Positions 25,804 to 39,599 of a stretch of DNA of 64,000 nucleotides are shown piece after piece; within the stretch, counting starts at the first letter, position 1, and each line of letters begins with the position of its first letter. The position numbers and the translations under genes were made by a program. The DNA is taken from NCBI GenBank assembly GCA_030390025.1, contig CM059432.1, positions 68,202,001-68,266,000 of the forward strand, in the 5' to 3' direction. Under the pieces are notes generated by a model. The model was not told the origin of the DNA, ran no database searches, and worked only from the letters and a program-made list of their open reading frames with translations. The stretch comes from Squalus acanthias (lineage: Eukaryota).

Positions 25804-28800
25804 TTTTTTTTTTTTTTTATAATATATTCGTTCATGGGATGTGGGCGTTGCTGGCAAGGCCAGCATTTATTGCCCATCCCTAGTTACCCTCGAGAAGATG
25901 ATGGTGAGCCACCTTCAACTGCTGCAGTCTGTGGTGAGGGTACTCCCACAGTGCTAGAAGGGAGTTCCAGGATTTTGACCCAGTGACGATGAAGGAACAG
26001 TGATATACTTCCAAGTCAGTATGGTGTGTGGCTTGGAGGGGAACTTGGAGGTGGTGTTCCCATGCACCAGCTGCCCTCGTCCTTCTAGGTGGAAGAGGTC
26101 GCAGGTTTGGGAGGTGCAGCCGAAGCCTTGGCGAGTTGCTGAAGTGCATCTTGTAGATGGTACACACTGCAGCCACAGTTCGCCAGTGGTGGAGGGAGTG
26201 AATGTTTAAGGTGGTGGATGGGGTGCCAATCAAGCGGGCTGCTTTGTCCTGGATAGTGTCGAGCTTCTTGAATGTTGTTGCAGCTGCACTCATCCAGGCA
26301 AGTGGAAAGTATTCCATCACACTCCTTACTTGTGCCTTGTAGATGGAGGAAAGGCTTTGGGGAGTCAGGAGGACACACTCGCTGCAGAATAACTAGCCTC
26401 TAACCTGCTCTTGTTGTCACAGTATTTATGTGGTTGGTCCAGTTAAGTTTCTGGTCAATGGTGACCCCCAGGATGTTGGTGGTGGGGGATTCAGCGATGG
26501 TAATGTCGTTGAATGTCATGGGACGGTATTTAGACTCTCGCTTGTTGGAGATAGTTATTGCCTAGCACTTGTGGCGTGAATGGTACCTGCCACTTATCAG
26601 CCCAAGCCTGAATGTCTTGTTGCATGCGGGCATTATCTGAGGAGTTGTGAATGGCACTGAACACTCCCATTTCTGACCTTATGATGGAGGGAAGGTCATT
26701 GATGAAGCAGCTGAAGACGGTTGGGCCTCGGACACTGCCCTGAGAAACTCCTGCAGCGATGTCTTGGGGCTGTGATGAGTGACCTCCAACCACCACAACC
26801 ATCTTCCTTTGTGCTAGGTATGACTCCAGCCAGTGGAGAGCTTTCTCCCCAATTCCCGTTGACTTCAGTTTTACTAGGGCTCCTTGATGCCACACTCGGT
26901 CAAATGCTGCCTTGATGTCAAGGGCAGTCACTCTCACCTCACCTCTGGAATTCTGCTCCTTTGTCCATGTTTCGACCAAGGCTGTAATGAGGTCGGGAGC
27001 AGAGTGGTCTTGGCGGAATCCAAACTGGGCATCAGTGAGCAGGTTATTGGTGAGTAAGTGCCGCTTGATAACACTGTCGATGACACCTTCCATCACTTTG
27101 CTGATGATTGAGAGTAGACTGATGGGGCGGTAATTGGCCGGATTAGATTTGTCCTGCTTTTTGTGGACAGGACATACCTGGGCAGTTTTCCACATTGTTG
27201 GGTCGATGCCAGTGTTGTAGCTGTACTAGTACTAGAGGTACGGCTAGTTCTGCAGCACAAGTCTTCAGCACGACAGCCAGGATGTTGTCGGGGCCCATAG
27301 CCTTTGCTGTATCCAGCGTGCTTAGCCATTTCATGTTATCACATGGAGTGAATTGAATTGGCTAAAGATCGACTTCTGTGATGGTGGGGACCTCTGAGGA
27401 GGCCGATATGGATCATCCACTCGGCACTTCTGGCTGAAGATGGTTGCAAACGCTTCAGCCTTGTCTTTTGCACTCACGTGCTGGGCTCCACCATCATTGA
27501 GGATGGGGATATTCATGGAGCCTCCTTCTCCTGTTAGTTGTTTAATGGTCCACCACCATTCACAACTGAATGTGGCAGGACTGCAGAGCTTTGATCTGAT
27601 TCGTTGATTGTGGGATCGCTTTGCCCTGTCTATAGCATGCTGCTTCCACTTTTTAGTATGCATGTAGTCCTGTGTTGCAGCTTCCCCAGGTTGGCACCTC
27701 ATTTTTAGGTATGCCTGGTGCTGCTCCTGGAATGCTCTTCTACACTCCTTATTGAACCAGGGTTGGCCCCCTGGCTTGATGGTAATGATAGAGAGAGGGA
27801 TATGCCAGGTGGAATACAATTCTGCTGCTGCTGATGGCCCACAGCGCCTCATGGATGCCCAGTTTTGAGCTGCTAGATCGGTTCTGAATCTATCCCATTT
27901 AGCACGGTGGTAGTGCCACACAACACGATGGAGGGTGTTCTCAGTGTGAAGACGGGACTTTGTCTCCACAATGACTGTGCGGTGGTCACTGCTACCAATA
28001 CTGTCATGGACAGACGCATCTGCGATAGGTAGATTGGTGAGGACGAGGTCAAGTAGGTTTTTCCCCTCGTGCTGGTTCTCACTACCTGTCGCAGGCCCAG
28101 TCTGGCAGCTATGTCCTTCAGGACTCGGCCAGCTCGGTCAGTAGTGGTGCTAGTGATGCTACCAAGCCACTCTTGGTGATGGACATTGAAGTCCCCCACC
28201 CAGAGTACATCTGTGCCCTTGCTACTATCAGTGCTTCTTCCAAGTGGTGTTCAACTTGGAGGAGTACTGACTCATCAGCTGAGGGAGGGCGTAGGTGGTA
28301 ATCAGCAGGAGGTTTCCTTGCCCATGCTTGACCTGAAGCCATGAGCCACAGGGTTTGGAGTCAATGTTGAGGACTCCCAGGGCCACTCCTTCCAGACTAT
28401 ATACCACTGTGCCACTACCCCTGCTGGGTGGGACAGGACATACCCAGGGATGGTGATGGAGGAGTTTGGGACATTGGCTGAAAGGTATGATTCTGTGAGT
28501 ATGACTGTCAAGCTGTTGCTTGACTAGCCTGTGGGACAGCTCTCCCAATTTTGGCACAAGTCCCCAGATGTTGGTGAGGAGGACTTTGCAGGGTCGAGTG
28601 GGCTGCGTGTGCCGTTGTGTTTCGTAGCGGTCGGTTACAACTGAGTGGCTTGCTGGGCCATTTCAGAGGGCAGATAAGAGTCAATCACATTGCTGTGGGT
28701 CTGGAGTCACATAAGCCAGACCAGGTAAGGACGGCAGATTTCCTTAGTGAACCAGATGGATTTTTACGACAATCCGATAGTTTCATGGTTACCATTACTG

Positions 28801-28911
28801 ATACTAGCTTTTTTATTCCAGATTTCTTTAATTAACTCACGTCTCTGGATCATTAGTCCAAGCCTACTCGATTACTAGCCCAGTAACATAACCACTATGC
28901 TACCGTTCCCC
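25804..28911 (-). mobile_element. Near-complete Zenon-like CR1-group LINE (frameshifted APE and RT) with tRNA-like 5' head and poly(A) tail
   Basis: ORF pieces VILTESYL, GDFNVHH, PWFNKEC, YRPISLLSIISKVME, QFGFR, LDIKAAFDRVWH and LDTIQDKAARLI. Poly-T at about 25804-25818. Confidence 0.85.
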
Positions 28912-29378
28912 TATAAGAGGGATGCCCCTGTGAGGCAGAGATCAGAGATGCCAGCTGCCAGGACAGATCTGTATCCTGGACTGTAATCTTCTCAATGATT
29001 TAATATCTGGAAAGGGATGAATTAGCAGTCACAGCATCGTTTTGGCAGAGGAACAGTGAACCCAGTGCGTCCTGTTTATTTAGGCCAAAATAAAGGGGTT
29101 GCATTTGTGGTTCCACTCAAACTCCCTTGGTGTTGGACCACAGGGATAGGAATAGGACAAGACAAATCCAAAGATCAAAGTCTGAGATCTTTACAAGGTT
29201 TTAAGAAGAAAGCTTGAGCCCCAAGTACAGGAACTCCTGGAGTGGACAGATTTAAACTCTAGGTATTCTGGCATTTAAAACATGGAAAACTTTACCAGCT
29301 TTTCAAGGAGTTTGGTGATGGAAGCCTCAACGAGGGAAGAGAAGGGTTCAACAGCATCATCCTACAATACGTGGCACT

Positions 29379-29380
<2 letters not shown>

Positions 29381-29412
<32 letters not shown>
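29381..29412. repeat. Poly-G run (32 nt)
   Basis: Read directly from the sequence. Confidence 0.95.
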
Positions 29413-29413
<1 letters not shown>

Positions 29414-30947
29414 GAAAGAGGGGAAGAGCAATGTGGACAGTACCAGAAAGTATACTCCTCCATGCCATAGTTGAGTAAGGACTTTGCCTTTCCTATTTAG
29501 TAGCCTTAGCATGAGTCCTCTGATACTATTCATCTCAGATGGCTGCTGACACCTATGGAACCAATAATGGCTGGAGCCAAATCTTCAGGAAAGGAAAAGA
29601 GGTGAGCAAAAACAAAGTTGTTGAAATTTCATTCATCCGAAAGCAATGGCTGGCGTGGTACCGAGCTGTATAGTCTTGGAAGGTACCAGGTTCCATCCCT
29701 GATCTGTATTGATCTCAAGCAGGAATTGAGGTCCTAAAATTGGCCTCAGGGTTGCTAGGCCAGAAAGTACATTCAAAAAAAAGTGCCAGTCTTCCCATTC
29801 TCAATCTGTTCAAGCCACACCTTCAGTAATGCGACCAGTTGTGATCACGGTGATACAAGCGAGATATTCAAGCCCAGTTTATAGAAGAAACATGAGACTG
29901 ATCCCTGGCTTCAGAGGAGGAACATAAATTTTCCCGGCCTTAAAAAGAGGCGAGAGAGGTGATCTTAGAGGTAAAAAAAGATGGTTAATAGTAAAGGTCA
30001 CTCTGGAAGACTATGTCAAATTAAACCATGAGAGTAAACCAAATTTTCAAACTAGTAAAGACAAACTTAAGACAAATAGCAAAAAGTTCAGTGGAAAGAT
30101 TGATTAACACATACAACATACATCTAGGTATGGTAGTGGAAGTAAAGGCTATGGAATAATTTTAGAAACCATTGAATTCTGGGATGTGGGCTTATAGGAT
30201 GGATAGATGAGCTGAGATAGACCAAATGGTTTTCCTTATCCTCATGTACCTTGTGATTGACAACTAGCGATCCTTGCTAGAAAAGTGAACATACGCCTGG
30301 TAAGGACAGGATCAGCTGATGCCCTGTATGATAGAATAACTTGCCAACCTATTCTGTCTGAGATCACATGAACTTTAGCGAAGTGCAAAGATTTACCACT
30401 CTAATGGAATCATAATTTACTTATGAGTTACTGACTTAAATGGAAGAAGGGAGAAAATTGAAAGAGGCAAGTTGAAATTGAGTATGAACAGAAATTGTAT
30501 TAATCTGCAGAAAATATCCTGAATTTTTTTTTTAAACATGAATAAATAATTAAATTAGTTTATTCCAAGGAGATTTGGGCAAAAAATATTTCAATATAAT
30601 AAAACTTGGACTACATTCATGGGGTAAATTTTCATTTTCAGTGTCCTTGCTCAGAGCTTCACATACTGGGAACATATATCAGGAATTCAGACACATGCCC
30701 TGGATTTCCCATCCATTAAAATTTCACTCCTGACTTACAAAGCTGTGTGCCTGGATTACTGAAGGCAAAAAATTATCCCTTAGTTTTAACAAATGCTTAG
30801 TAAATGCTAAATATTCACTTTAGATTCAGTCATTCCTCACCATATGTATTGCAATGTTGTCAAATTCATAACATTAGCATCCCTCAGAAACAAACATGTA
30901 ATGCTCAAAATAAATGCTATGAAAATATCCTGCAATAGTAAACATAC

Positions 30948-31037
30948 CTGCAGCATGTCATCAATCATTGTCAGAATGTACTGCACAGTTTGCTCCTTGG
31001 AAATGTGGGCCATTAAATTCAGAAAGGTTTTGGCACA
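30948..31037 (-). CDS. ATP6V1H: V-type proton ATPase subunit H, coding exon 3 (90 nt)
   Basis: Encodes CAKTFLNLMAHISKEQTVQYILTMIDDMLQ, flanked by tttttag and gtatgt. Confidence 0.97.
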
Positions 31038-32326
31038 CTAAAAAAAATAAAAATTCAGACTTTTAAAGCATTTATTTATAACCTTTACATATAAATTTCA
31101 AATGGTTTCAAAAAATTGTGGAAGTGGCACATTTATTTGTAAACCTTTGAAAATATAATACATACACATATATAATGAAAGCATGCTTGTACCCAAAACA
31201 TTGATCAGTACACAGTCATTGGGACTAACATTAATCACAAACCAAATCTGTTCTTCAGTGATGAATGTAGGATTTCTTTCCAATATTGGGACCCACAGAA
31301 GAAAGCTATTTCTTGCAGTAAATAAAAGGATTACAAATGAAAATTTGAAACTCAAATGCCTTATTTTTTCCATTAGCAGACAGAATGCATATTAATGCTT
31401 TGAAATCTACAAAGGTAAAGAGGTAAAACAGAAACATGGCATTTGTATAGACTACTTTTGCAGTGTGTGAAAGAGGCCAAGAATATGTTATCCAAGGTGC
31501 CAGTGAAAGTTGCCTTTTACATTTTTTACTTCTCCACTGTACATGTTCATCAAAATGTCAATTTCCCAGCACATGAAATAAAGTGGATCTAATTTTCATA
31601 CCAAAAAAACCTAAACTGTCATGATTTTTAATACTAACTTAACTGCTGCATATTTAAACCAAAAATAACTGCCTTTAATTATGTTCTGTATATTTTAATG
31701 AGATTTTAAAAATGAGCCATTCTTGCAATAGCTGAGAAAGTGTTACCGCAGCTATCAAAAAACACCAATCTCCATCAATGCATTATACATTTTTGAATTA
31801 CATAAACAAATGATCAAGTTTTCCAGATCACCTCAGCCAAGATATCTCTGCAACATGCAAAAATCATACTTCAAATGCACACCAGATAAGCCTTTAGAAA
31901 TAGTCTGGTAAATATAATAGCCTTGCATTTGGTAACACCAACAGCTTAATTACTTTGCCCCAGAAATGAGGGGTCAAAAATGTAATATAGTAGTACCTGG
32001 AGAGTAAAGAAACACTAGATCCAGGATGGTAGTTTGAGAGGACAGAGAGGTTTCTCTTTCAGCAATGGTTATGGTTTTGAAGGACAGGGAAAGTCACAGA
32101 GGAGAAAAGAATGCCCTTATGGGAAATGGAAAGTTCACTTTAGCACAGCAGAGAATATTCTTTGCTAACTTTAACTCATGCCGTAATTGACCTTCCAGCA
32201 TTAGAGGATGATACTGGGTTAAAACATAAAAAGATATTCCACTCACCAACATGGACATCATTCACCTTGCTAAGTACAAGCATTATTTAAAACAGAAAAT
32301 AAATACACATTGATTCCAGATTTTAC

Positions 32327-32426
32327 CTGGTGTCCTTCATTATCCAGTATCCGCTGTTTATCTTCTGAACGGGCAGCTTCAAACTTTTTAATGAACTCAC
32401 AATCTTCACCTGAAATCATCTGCCCT
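32327..32426 (-). CDS. ATP6V1H: V-type proton ATPase subunit H, coding exon 2 (100 nt)
   Basis: Encodes (Q)GQMISGEDCEFIKKFEAARSEDKQRILDNEGHQ, flanked by ttttctcag and gtaaaa; phase matches the previous exon. Confidence 0.97.
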
Positions 32427-32811
32427 CTGAGAAAAGAACACAAGTGTCAACATATATTGTGTTCCAAAATGTTACATTACTATGCACAAAAGGATAAGCA
32501 GAGCTCTTGACTTTTTTTTTTAGTAATGGTTAAATTTGTACAAAGTATCTTTTACATTTACTTCAATGCTGTAAAACTCAAATGTAAATAGGCTAATGCA
32601 GAACAAAGGTAATAACTGCACTACAGATAGTATAGGGGGATGGTTACTATTGTCTGCCGCAATCATACGTTCAGTAACCCCGCAGAAATTATACAAATAC
32701 TGCAGGCATGCAATTTCTTGGTTTGCTGAGGAAATTTACAGGGATCGTTCTATGCCTCAAAGAAATGTTTGCAGTGGAAGCCCGTTCCTAGCCTTTGACC
32801 TTTTTCTTACT

Positions 32812-34140
32812 CAACAGCAACAACAAGTAGTATTTATATAGCAGTGTTAATGTCTTAAAACATCCCAAAGCACCTCACAGGAGTGTTACAAGACAAAGTT
32901 TGACACCGAGCCAAAAAAGGAGAAATTAGAGCAGATGACGAAAGGCTTGGTCTAAGAGGTAGGTTTTAAGGAATGTCTTAAAGGAGGAAAGAGAGGTAGA
33001 TGCGGAGAGATTTAGGGAGAGAATTCCAGAGCTTAGGGCCTAGGCGGCTGAAAGCACGGCCACCAATTGTTGAGCGATTGTAATCAGGGATGCTCAAGAG
33101 GCCAGAATTAGAGGAGCGCAGCTATCTCTGGGGGGGCGGGGGGTGGAAAAGATTAGAGATAGGGAGGGGCGAGGCCATGGAGAGATTTGAAAATATGATA
33201 ATTTTAAAATCGAGGCATTGCTTAACCGGGAGCCAATGTAGGTCAATAAGCACAGGGGTGATGGGTGAACGGGACTTGGTGCAAGTTAAGACACGGGTAG
33301 TTGAGTTTTGGATGACCTCAAGTTTAGGTAGGGTATAATGTGGGAGACCAGCCAGGACTGCGTTGGAATAGTGAAGTCTAGAGGTAACAAAGGCATCGAT
33401 GAAGGTTTCAGCAGATGAGCTGAGGCAGGGGCAGAGATGGGCGATGTTAGAGGTGGAAATAAGTGGCCTTAGCTATGGCACAAATGTGGTCGGAAGCTCA
33501 TTTCAGGGTCATTTCAAGTTGGCAAACAGTCTGGTTCAGCCTCAGACAGATGTTAGGGAGAGGGATGGAGTCAGTGGCTAGGGAACTGAGTTTGTGGCAG
33601 GGACTGAAGACAATGGCTTTGGTCTTCCCAATATTTAATTGGAGGAAATTTCTGCTCCTCCAGTACTGGATGTCTCTGACATGTTAGAGACAGTGGAGGG
33701 GACAAGAGAGGTGGTGGTGAGGTAGAGCTGGGTATCGTCAGCATACATGTGGAAACGGACGCTGTGTTTCCGGACGATGTCGCCGAGGGGCAGCATTTAG
33801 ATGAGAAATAGGAGGGGGCCAAGGATAGATCCTTGGGGAACACCAGAGGTAACGGTGTGGGAGTGGGAAGAGAAGCCATTGCAGGTGATTCTCTGGCTAT
33901 GATTAGATAGATAAGAATGGAACCAGGCAAGTGCAGTCCCACTCAGCTGGACGACGGTGGAGAAGCATTGGAGGAAGATGGAGTAGTCAACCATATCAAA
34001 GACTGAAGACAGGTCGAGAAAGACGAGGGATAGTTTACCTTTGTTACAGTCACGTAGGATGTCATTTGTGACTTTGATAAGAGCCGTTTTGGTACTGTGG
34101 CAGAGGCAGAAATCGGATTGGATGGATTCAAACATAGAGT
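32812..34140 (-). mobile_element. L2 LINE, RT region to 3' tail, degenerate
   Basis: HSTKTALIKVTND, LDLSSVFDMVD and GVPQGSILGPLLF; tail at about 32812. Confidence 0.88.
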
Positions 34141-34199
34141 GCCAAGAAAGATGGGCATGGATTTGGGCTGTGTTGTGCTGATTGGGATGGCTTCTCATA

Positions 34200-35470
34200 A
34201 TTTGTTACTTGGTCCCTTTTTTTGCATTTGTTTATTTTATTACCTTATTTTAAGCTTTGCCTGTTTTTCCATATTGTAACATTTCAGGGAGCTTGAAACT
34301 CATTTTCAGCACTGTTACGATTGCATTCATCTGGGAATTCGTCATGCCCCCCGGGATTTTGAGGATTAAAGAAATGCAGAGGGATGACCAGAGGGAGCTT
34401 CATCTACATCCAAGACAACCTGCAGGGACTGGCATATATCAAATATGTAGGTTCAGAGAGCACCACCAGAGCTACTTGGGAATGCAAGAGGAGATGTACC
34501 CTTGCCACCTAAGCATAATTAGGGAAGCCTATCTTCAGGTCAGTTTTGTGCTCTTGTACAAAAAGTAGCACATAATACAAGCAGAAATGTTGATCCAAGG
34601 TACTAGGTTGAAGCAGAACATGCACAGTGACTGACATGTCCCAAACCTGCAGGTTATCTTGGATGTTACCAAGTGGCAATACATCACACAGCTAGGTTAT
34701 GTTACAATGGCTTGTAAGGAGTCAGTATAGCAAGGCATTCAATTGTATGCTACATCTTGAATGTGTGCCCTGCTGACGTATAGGTATGCATGAAATGCAA
34801 TGAAAGTGCTGTAAATTTGAGAGAGCGCTTTGCATGGTTGAGTGTGAATGCAGAACATAATAGGGAACACATTGCAGCATGCAATCTTGGATCATCTACC
34901 GAGACATGATACTGAAGGGCAGTCAGATTCCTTAAAATTTCCCATCATCTTTTGCATCTGTTCCAGGTCCTGCAGGTAGTATATACAGCATTGAGCCTGG
35001 TCACCAAATATGGCCAGGAATGATACACACCCATCCTCTGGGCAGGAAGCCCTAGAGTGCCCAACAGGGAAAGCATCCTCGCACCCACCTTGTATAGCAG
35101 CACCTCCACTTGTCAGCCACGGAACAAGAATCAACTGCAGCACTATTCAGTCATTGTCCAACTCATGGCTCCACAATAAGTTTCCTTTCACTTCATTCCC
35201 CTTTAGCCTTGGAAAAGCTTGCCAAAAAATTGACATGCGCTTCGCGCCTTTCTAAAAGTTCTAAGAATTTTTGCGACTCTATATGACCACCTCACTTTAA
35301 ATTTTTGTAGTCTCTGCATTAAACTAGCTACCTGCAAAGGCTAAAGCTGCAAAGCAGGCGGCGAATAATTATGTAAATTAGCTGGCTCCACAAAAATTGC
35401 AGGCAGGCAATCACCCAGCTTTCTGAAGCAGCTAAACATTCAAGACTACATCTAAACTGCACTGCAAAAA
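34200..35470 (-). mobile_element. Possible degenerate Harbinger Myb/SANT remnant
   Basis: Minus-strand RTWNRCKR near 34950-34976 resembles the Myb_DNA-bind R-T-W-x-Q-C motif; otherwise decayed. Confidence 0.3.
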
Positions 35471-35699
35471 TCAGTCCTTGCATTGCTGGTGAATTTAATC
35501 TTAATCAGCAGCAGGAAAAACAGCATTGTAAAAGCCTGAGCCTTTCAAAATCCTTTTACATAGTTATTGAGGATACAGAATCCTCAAGATACTGTTGATA
35601 GTGGTCTCTAACATTTGCAGTAAAAGCATTAACCTGCCAAACGTCCAAGCTTCCCAATTTTCAAGCAGCAACCTTGAGTGGCTTATTCATTATTTTTGT

Positions 35700-38600
35700 T
35701 CAAGAAGCTTGGCTAGGTGTATAAGGTAATACAGATAGTGGCGAGTGATAACAAGGTTATATAGGGATGGCAGTGCAGGTGGTGTGCCGCAACTGCAGCA
35801 TATGAGAGTTTGTGGAGAACAGTGCAATCCCAGAGGACCACTTCTGCAGTAATTGTCTACATCTCAAAAGAACTTCAGCTCAGAGTTGTTGAGCTGGAGT
35901 CCGAGGCACAGACATTGTGGGGAACCAGGGCGGCGGCGGCGCGGGGAGAGTTACCTGGACACTTTGATCCAGGAGGCAGTCACACCACTTAGGTTAGGTA
36001 GTGGTACAGGTATGGTTAGTGGTCAGGGACTCAGGCAGGTAAGGGGACCCCAGGTTTAAATCAGTTTGATCGAAGAGCCATTACAGAGATGTGGTTGCAA
36101 GGTGAACAAGGTTGGGAACTGAATATTCCAGGGTACTTGACATTTCAAAAAGACAGGCAGAATGGAAAAGGAGGGGGGTAGCCCTGATAATAAAGGATGA
36201 CATAAGGACAACGGTGAGAAAAGATCTTGTCTCAGAAGATCAAGAAGTAGAATCAGTATGGGTGGAGATGAGAAAAACAAGGGGCAGAAAACACTGATGC
36301 AAGTAGTTTATAGGCCCCCTAACAGTAGCTATACCGTTGGACAGAGTATTAACCAACAAATAATAGGAACTTGTAATAAAAGTAATGCAATAATTGTGGG
36401 GGACATCTATCTTCATATAGACTGGGCAAATCAAATTGGCAAAGGTAGTCTAGAGGACGAGTTCATGGAATGCATTTGAGACAGTTTCCTAGAACAATAC
36501 GTCATGGAACCAACCAGGGAACAGGCTATTTTAGATCTTGTATTGTGTAATGTGACACGGCTAATTAGTAATCGCATAGTAAAGAATCCTCTGGGGAAGA
36601 ATGATCATAATATGATGAATTTCACATTGGGTTTGAAAGTGAAATACTTAAGTCTGAAACTAGAGTCTTAAACTTAAATAAAGCCAATTACATAGATATG
36701 AGGGGCGAGTTGGCTAAGGTAGATTGGGAAATTAGATTTAAAAGGTATGACAGTAGATAAGTAGTCACAAACATTTAAAGAAATATTCCAAAATTCTCAA
36801 CGAATATACATTCCATTAAGAAATAAAAACTCCACGGGAAAAGTGATCCATCCATGGCTAACTAAAGAAGCTAACGATAGTATTAGTTTAAAAGAAGAGG
36901 CTTATAATGTTGCGAAGAATACTAGTAAGCTTGAGGATTGGGACAGCTTTAGAAACCAGCAAAGGATGACCAAAAAACTAATAAAAGGGAGAAAATAGAA
37001 TGAGAGTAAACTAGCAAGAAATATAAAAACAGATTGGAAGAGCTTCTACAAGTATGTAAAAAGGAAGAGAGTAGCAAAAGTAAGCATTGGTCCCTTAGAG
37101 GCAGAGACAGGAGAAATTATTATGCGGAATAAAGAAATGGCAGAGATTTTAAATATTTTGTATCTCTTCACAGTAGAAAACTCAAAAAGCATACCAAAGA
37201 TAGTGGGGAACCAAGGGGCTAATGAGAGTGAGAAACTTAAAGTAATTAAGATCAGTAGAGAAAAAGTACTCAAGAAACTAATGGGATTAAAAGCCAACAA
37301 ATCATCTGAACCTGATGGCCTACATCCTCAGGCTCTAAAAGAAGTAGCTGCAAAGATAGTGGATGCATTGGTTGTGATCTTCCAAAATTCCCTAGATTCT
37401 AGAACGGCCCCAGCGGACTGGAAGGTAGCAAATGTAACACCGCTATTCCAGAAAGGAGGGAGAGAGAAAATAGGGAAACTACCGTCAGTTAGCCTATCAG
37501 TTGTCTGGAAAATGCTGGAAGCCATTATTAAGGAAGTGGTAACAGGGCACTTAGAAAATCATATTAGGCAGAGTCAACATGGTTTTATGAAAGGGAAATC
37601 ATGTTTAACAAAAAAGAGTTTTGTTGAGGCTGTAACTAGCAGGGCAGATAATGGGGAATCAGTGGATGTAGCTTATTTAGATTTCCAAAAGGCATTAGAT
37701 AAGGTGCCACTTAAAAGGTTGCTACGCAAGATATGGGCTCATGGGGTTGGGGGTAATATATTAACATGGATAGAGGATTGGTTAAAGGACAGAAAACAGA
37801 GTAGGAATAAACAGGTCATTTCAGGTTGGCAAACTGTAACTAGTAGGGAGCCACAAGGATCAGTGTTAAGGCCTCAGCTATTTACAATCTATATTAATGA
37901 CTTAAATGAAGGCACCCAGAGTAATGTATCCAAGTTTGCTGACAATACAAAGCTAGGTGGGAAAGTAAGCTGCGAGGAGGACACAAAGAGCCAGCAAAGG
38001 GATATAGCCAGGTTAAGTGAGTGAGCAATAAGGTGGCAGATGGAGTATAATGTGGGGAAATGTGAGGTTATTCACTTTGTAGGAAGAATAGAAAAATAGA
38101 ATTTTTTTTTATTAATGGAGAGCAACTGTTAAATGTTGATGTTGAGAGATTTAGGTGTCCTCGTACAGGAAACAGAGTTAGGACGCAGGTACAGCAAGCA
38201 ATTAGAAAGGCAAATAGCATGTTGGCCTTTATTGCAAGGGGGTTGGAGTACAACAGTAAGGAAGTCTTGCTACAATTGTACAGGGCTTTGGTGAAACTAC
38301 ATGTGGAGTACTGTGTACAATTTTGGTCTCCCTATCTGAGGAAGGACATACCTGCCTTAGAGGCATTGCAACAAAGGTTCACTAGATTGATTCCTGGGAT
38401 GAGAGGGTTGTCCTATGAGGAAAGATTGAGCCTATACTCTCGAGTTTAGAACAAAGAGAGGTGTTCTCATTGAAATATGTAAGATTCTGAGGGGATTGAC
38501 AGGGTAAATGCTGAGTGGTTGTTCCCCCTGGCTGGAGAGTCTAGAACTGGAGGGCACAGTCTCAGGATAAGGGGTTAGCCATTTAAGACTGAGATGAGGA

Positions 38601-38840
38601 GGAATTTCTTTACGTAGAGGGTTGTGAATCTTTGGAATTCTCTACCCCAAAGGGCTGTAGATGCTGAATCGTTGAGTATATTCAAGGCGGAGATAAATTT
38701 TTGGACTCTAGGGGAATCAAGGGATATGAAGATCGGGCAGGAAAGTGGAGTTGAGGTAGATGATCAGCCATGATCTCACTGAATGGCAGAGCAGGCTCGA
38801 GGAGTCGGATGGCCTACTCCTGCTCCTAATTCTTAGGTTC
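35700..38840 (+). mobile_element. CR1 LINE: truncated ORF1 and nearly full, disrupted ORF2 (APE and RT) with 3' tail
   Basis: [55 protein letters not shown] and EYCVQFWSPY; tail GGCCTACTCCTGCTCCTAATTC. Confidence 0.92.
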
Positions 38841-39599
38841 ATACTGTTTCTGGCAAAAATGACATCAGTGCAGCCTGATAGAGAATCTTGAATGAGTCCC
38901 ACCCAATTGTTGATGTACTGTGGTACTTAATTTGAAGGTATAATCCAAACGGACGCTGACTAGTTCTAAAGCACGTTATTGATAGCTATGCCACTTAAAG
39001 CCTCAGAGAAGTAATTTGCACTGAAAGCAGAAAACATTGTACCTTGACTTCTCCAATAGCATAGCAGTCCTGAGCACATAACCCAAGATCCCTCAGTGTG
39101 GAAGAATCCACCTTCAGGAGTTGTAGCAATGATGGCCAATTCAGAAACTAACCACGAAGATGATTAAGACATGGCAGGTCATCTGAATAGTCTGGTTTCT
39201 GGGACTACAAAGATGTTTGTCACTATCAGATTATGGTAAAATGGTCCAACAGGAAGACCAGTCTTAGAAATGTCCAAAGCTCAGCACTGATGCTGCTTTA
39301 ATTCTAACTATTATTCTCCAAAAATGGTGTGAAATCTAGAACCCTAGGATTGTGGAAAGAGCTGTTATATGGTGCTTGAGCAGTCTCTTGTGGAAGAGCT
39401 CTGAAATTGATAAACATACAAATGCTGCAGTCACGTCAGCAAAAAAAACAAGTTTACTTTGCAAACACATTGGGGCTAATAAGAACTGGCATCAGTAACT
39501 CTATCTCCAAAAACTGACTAGAAACTTTCTATGCATTATCAAATGTCACTGTGAAAGTGGGTATTGTTCAGATCAACTGTAATCAATTAGTCTTCTGGG

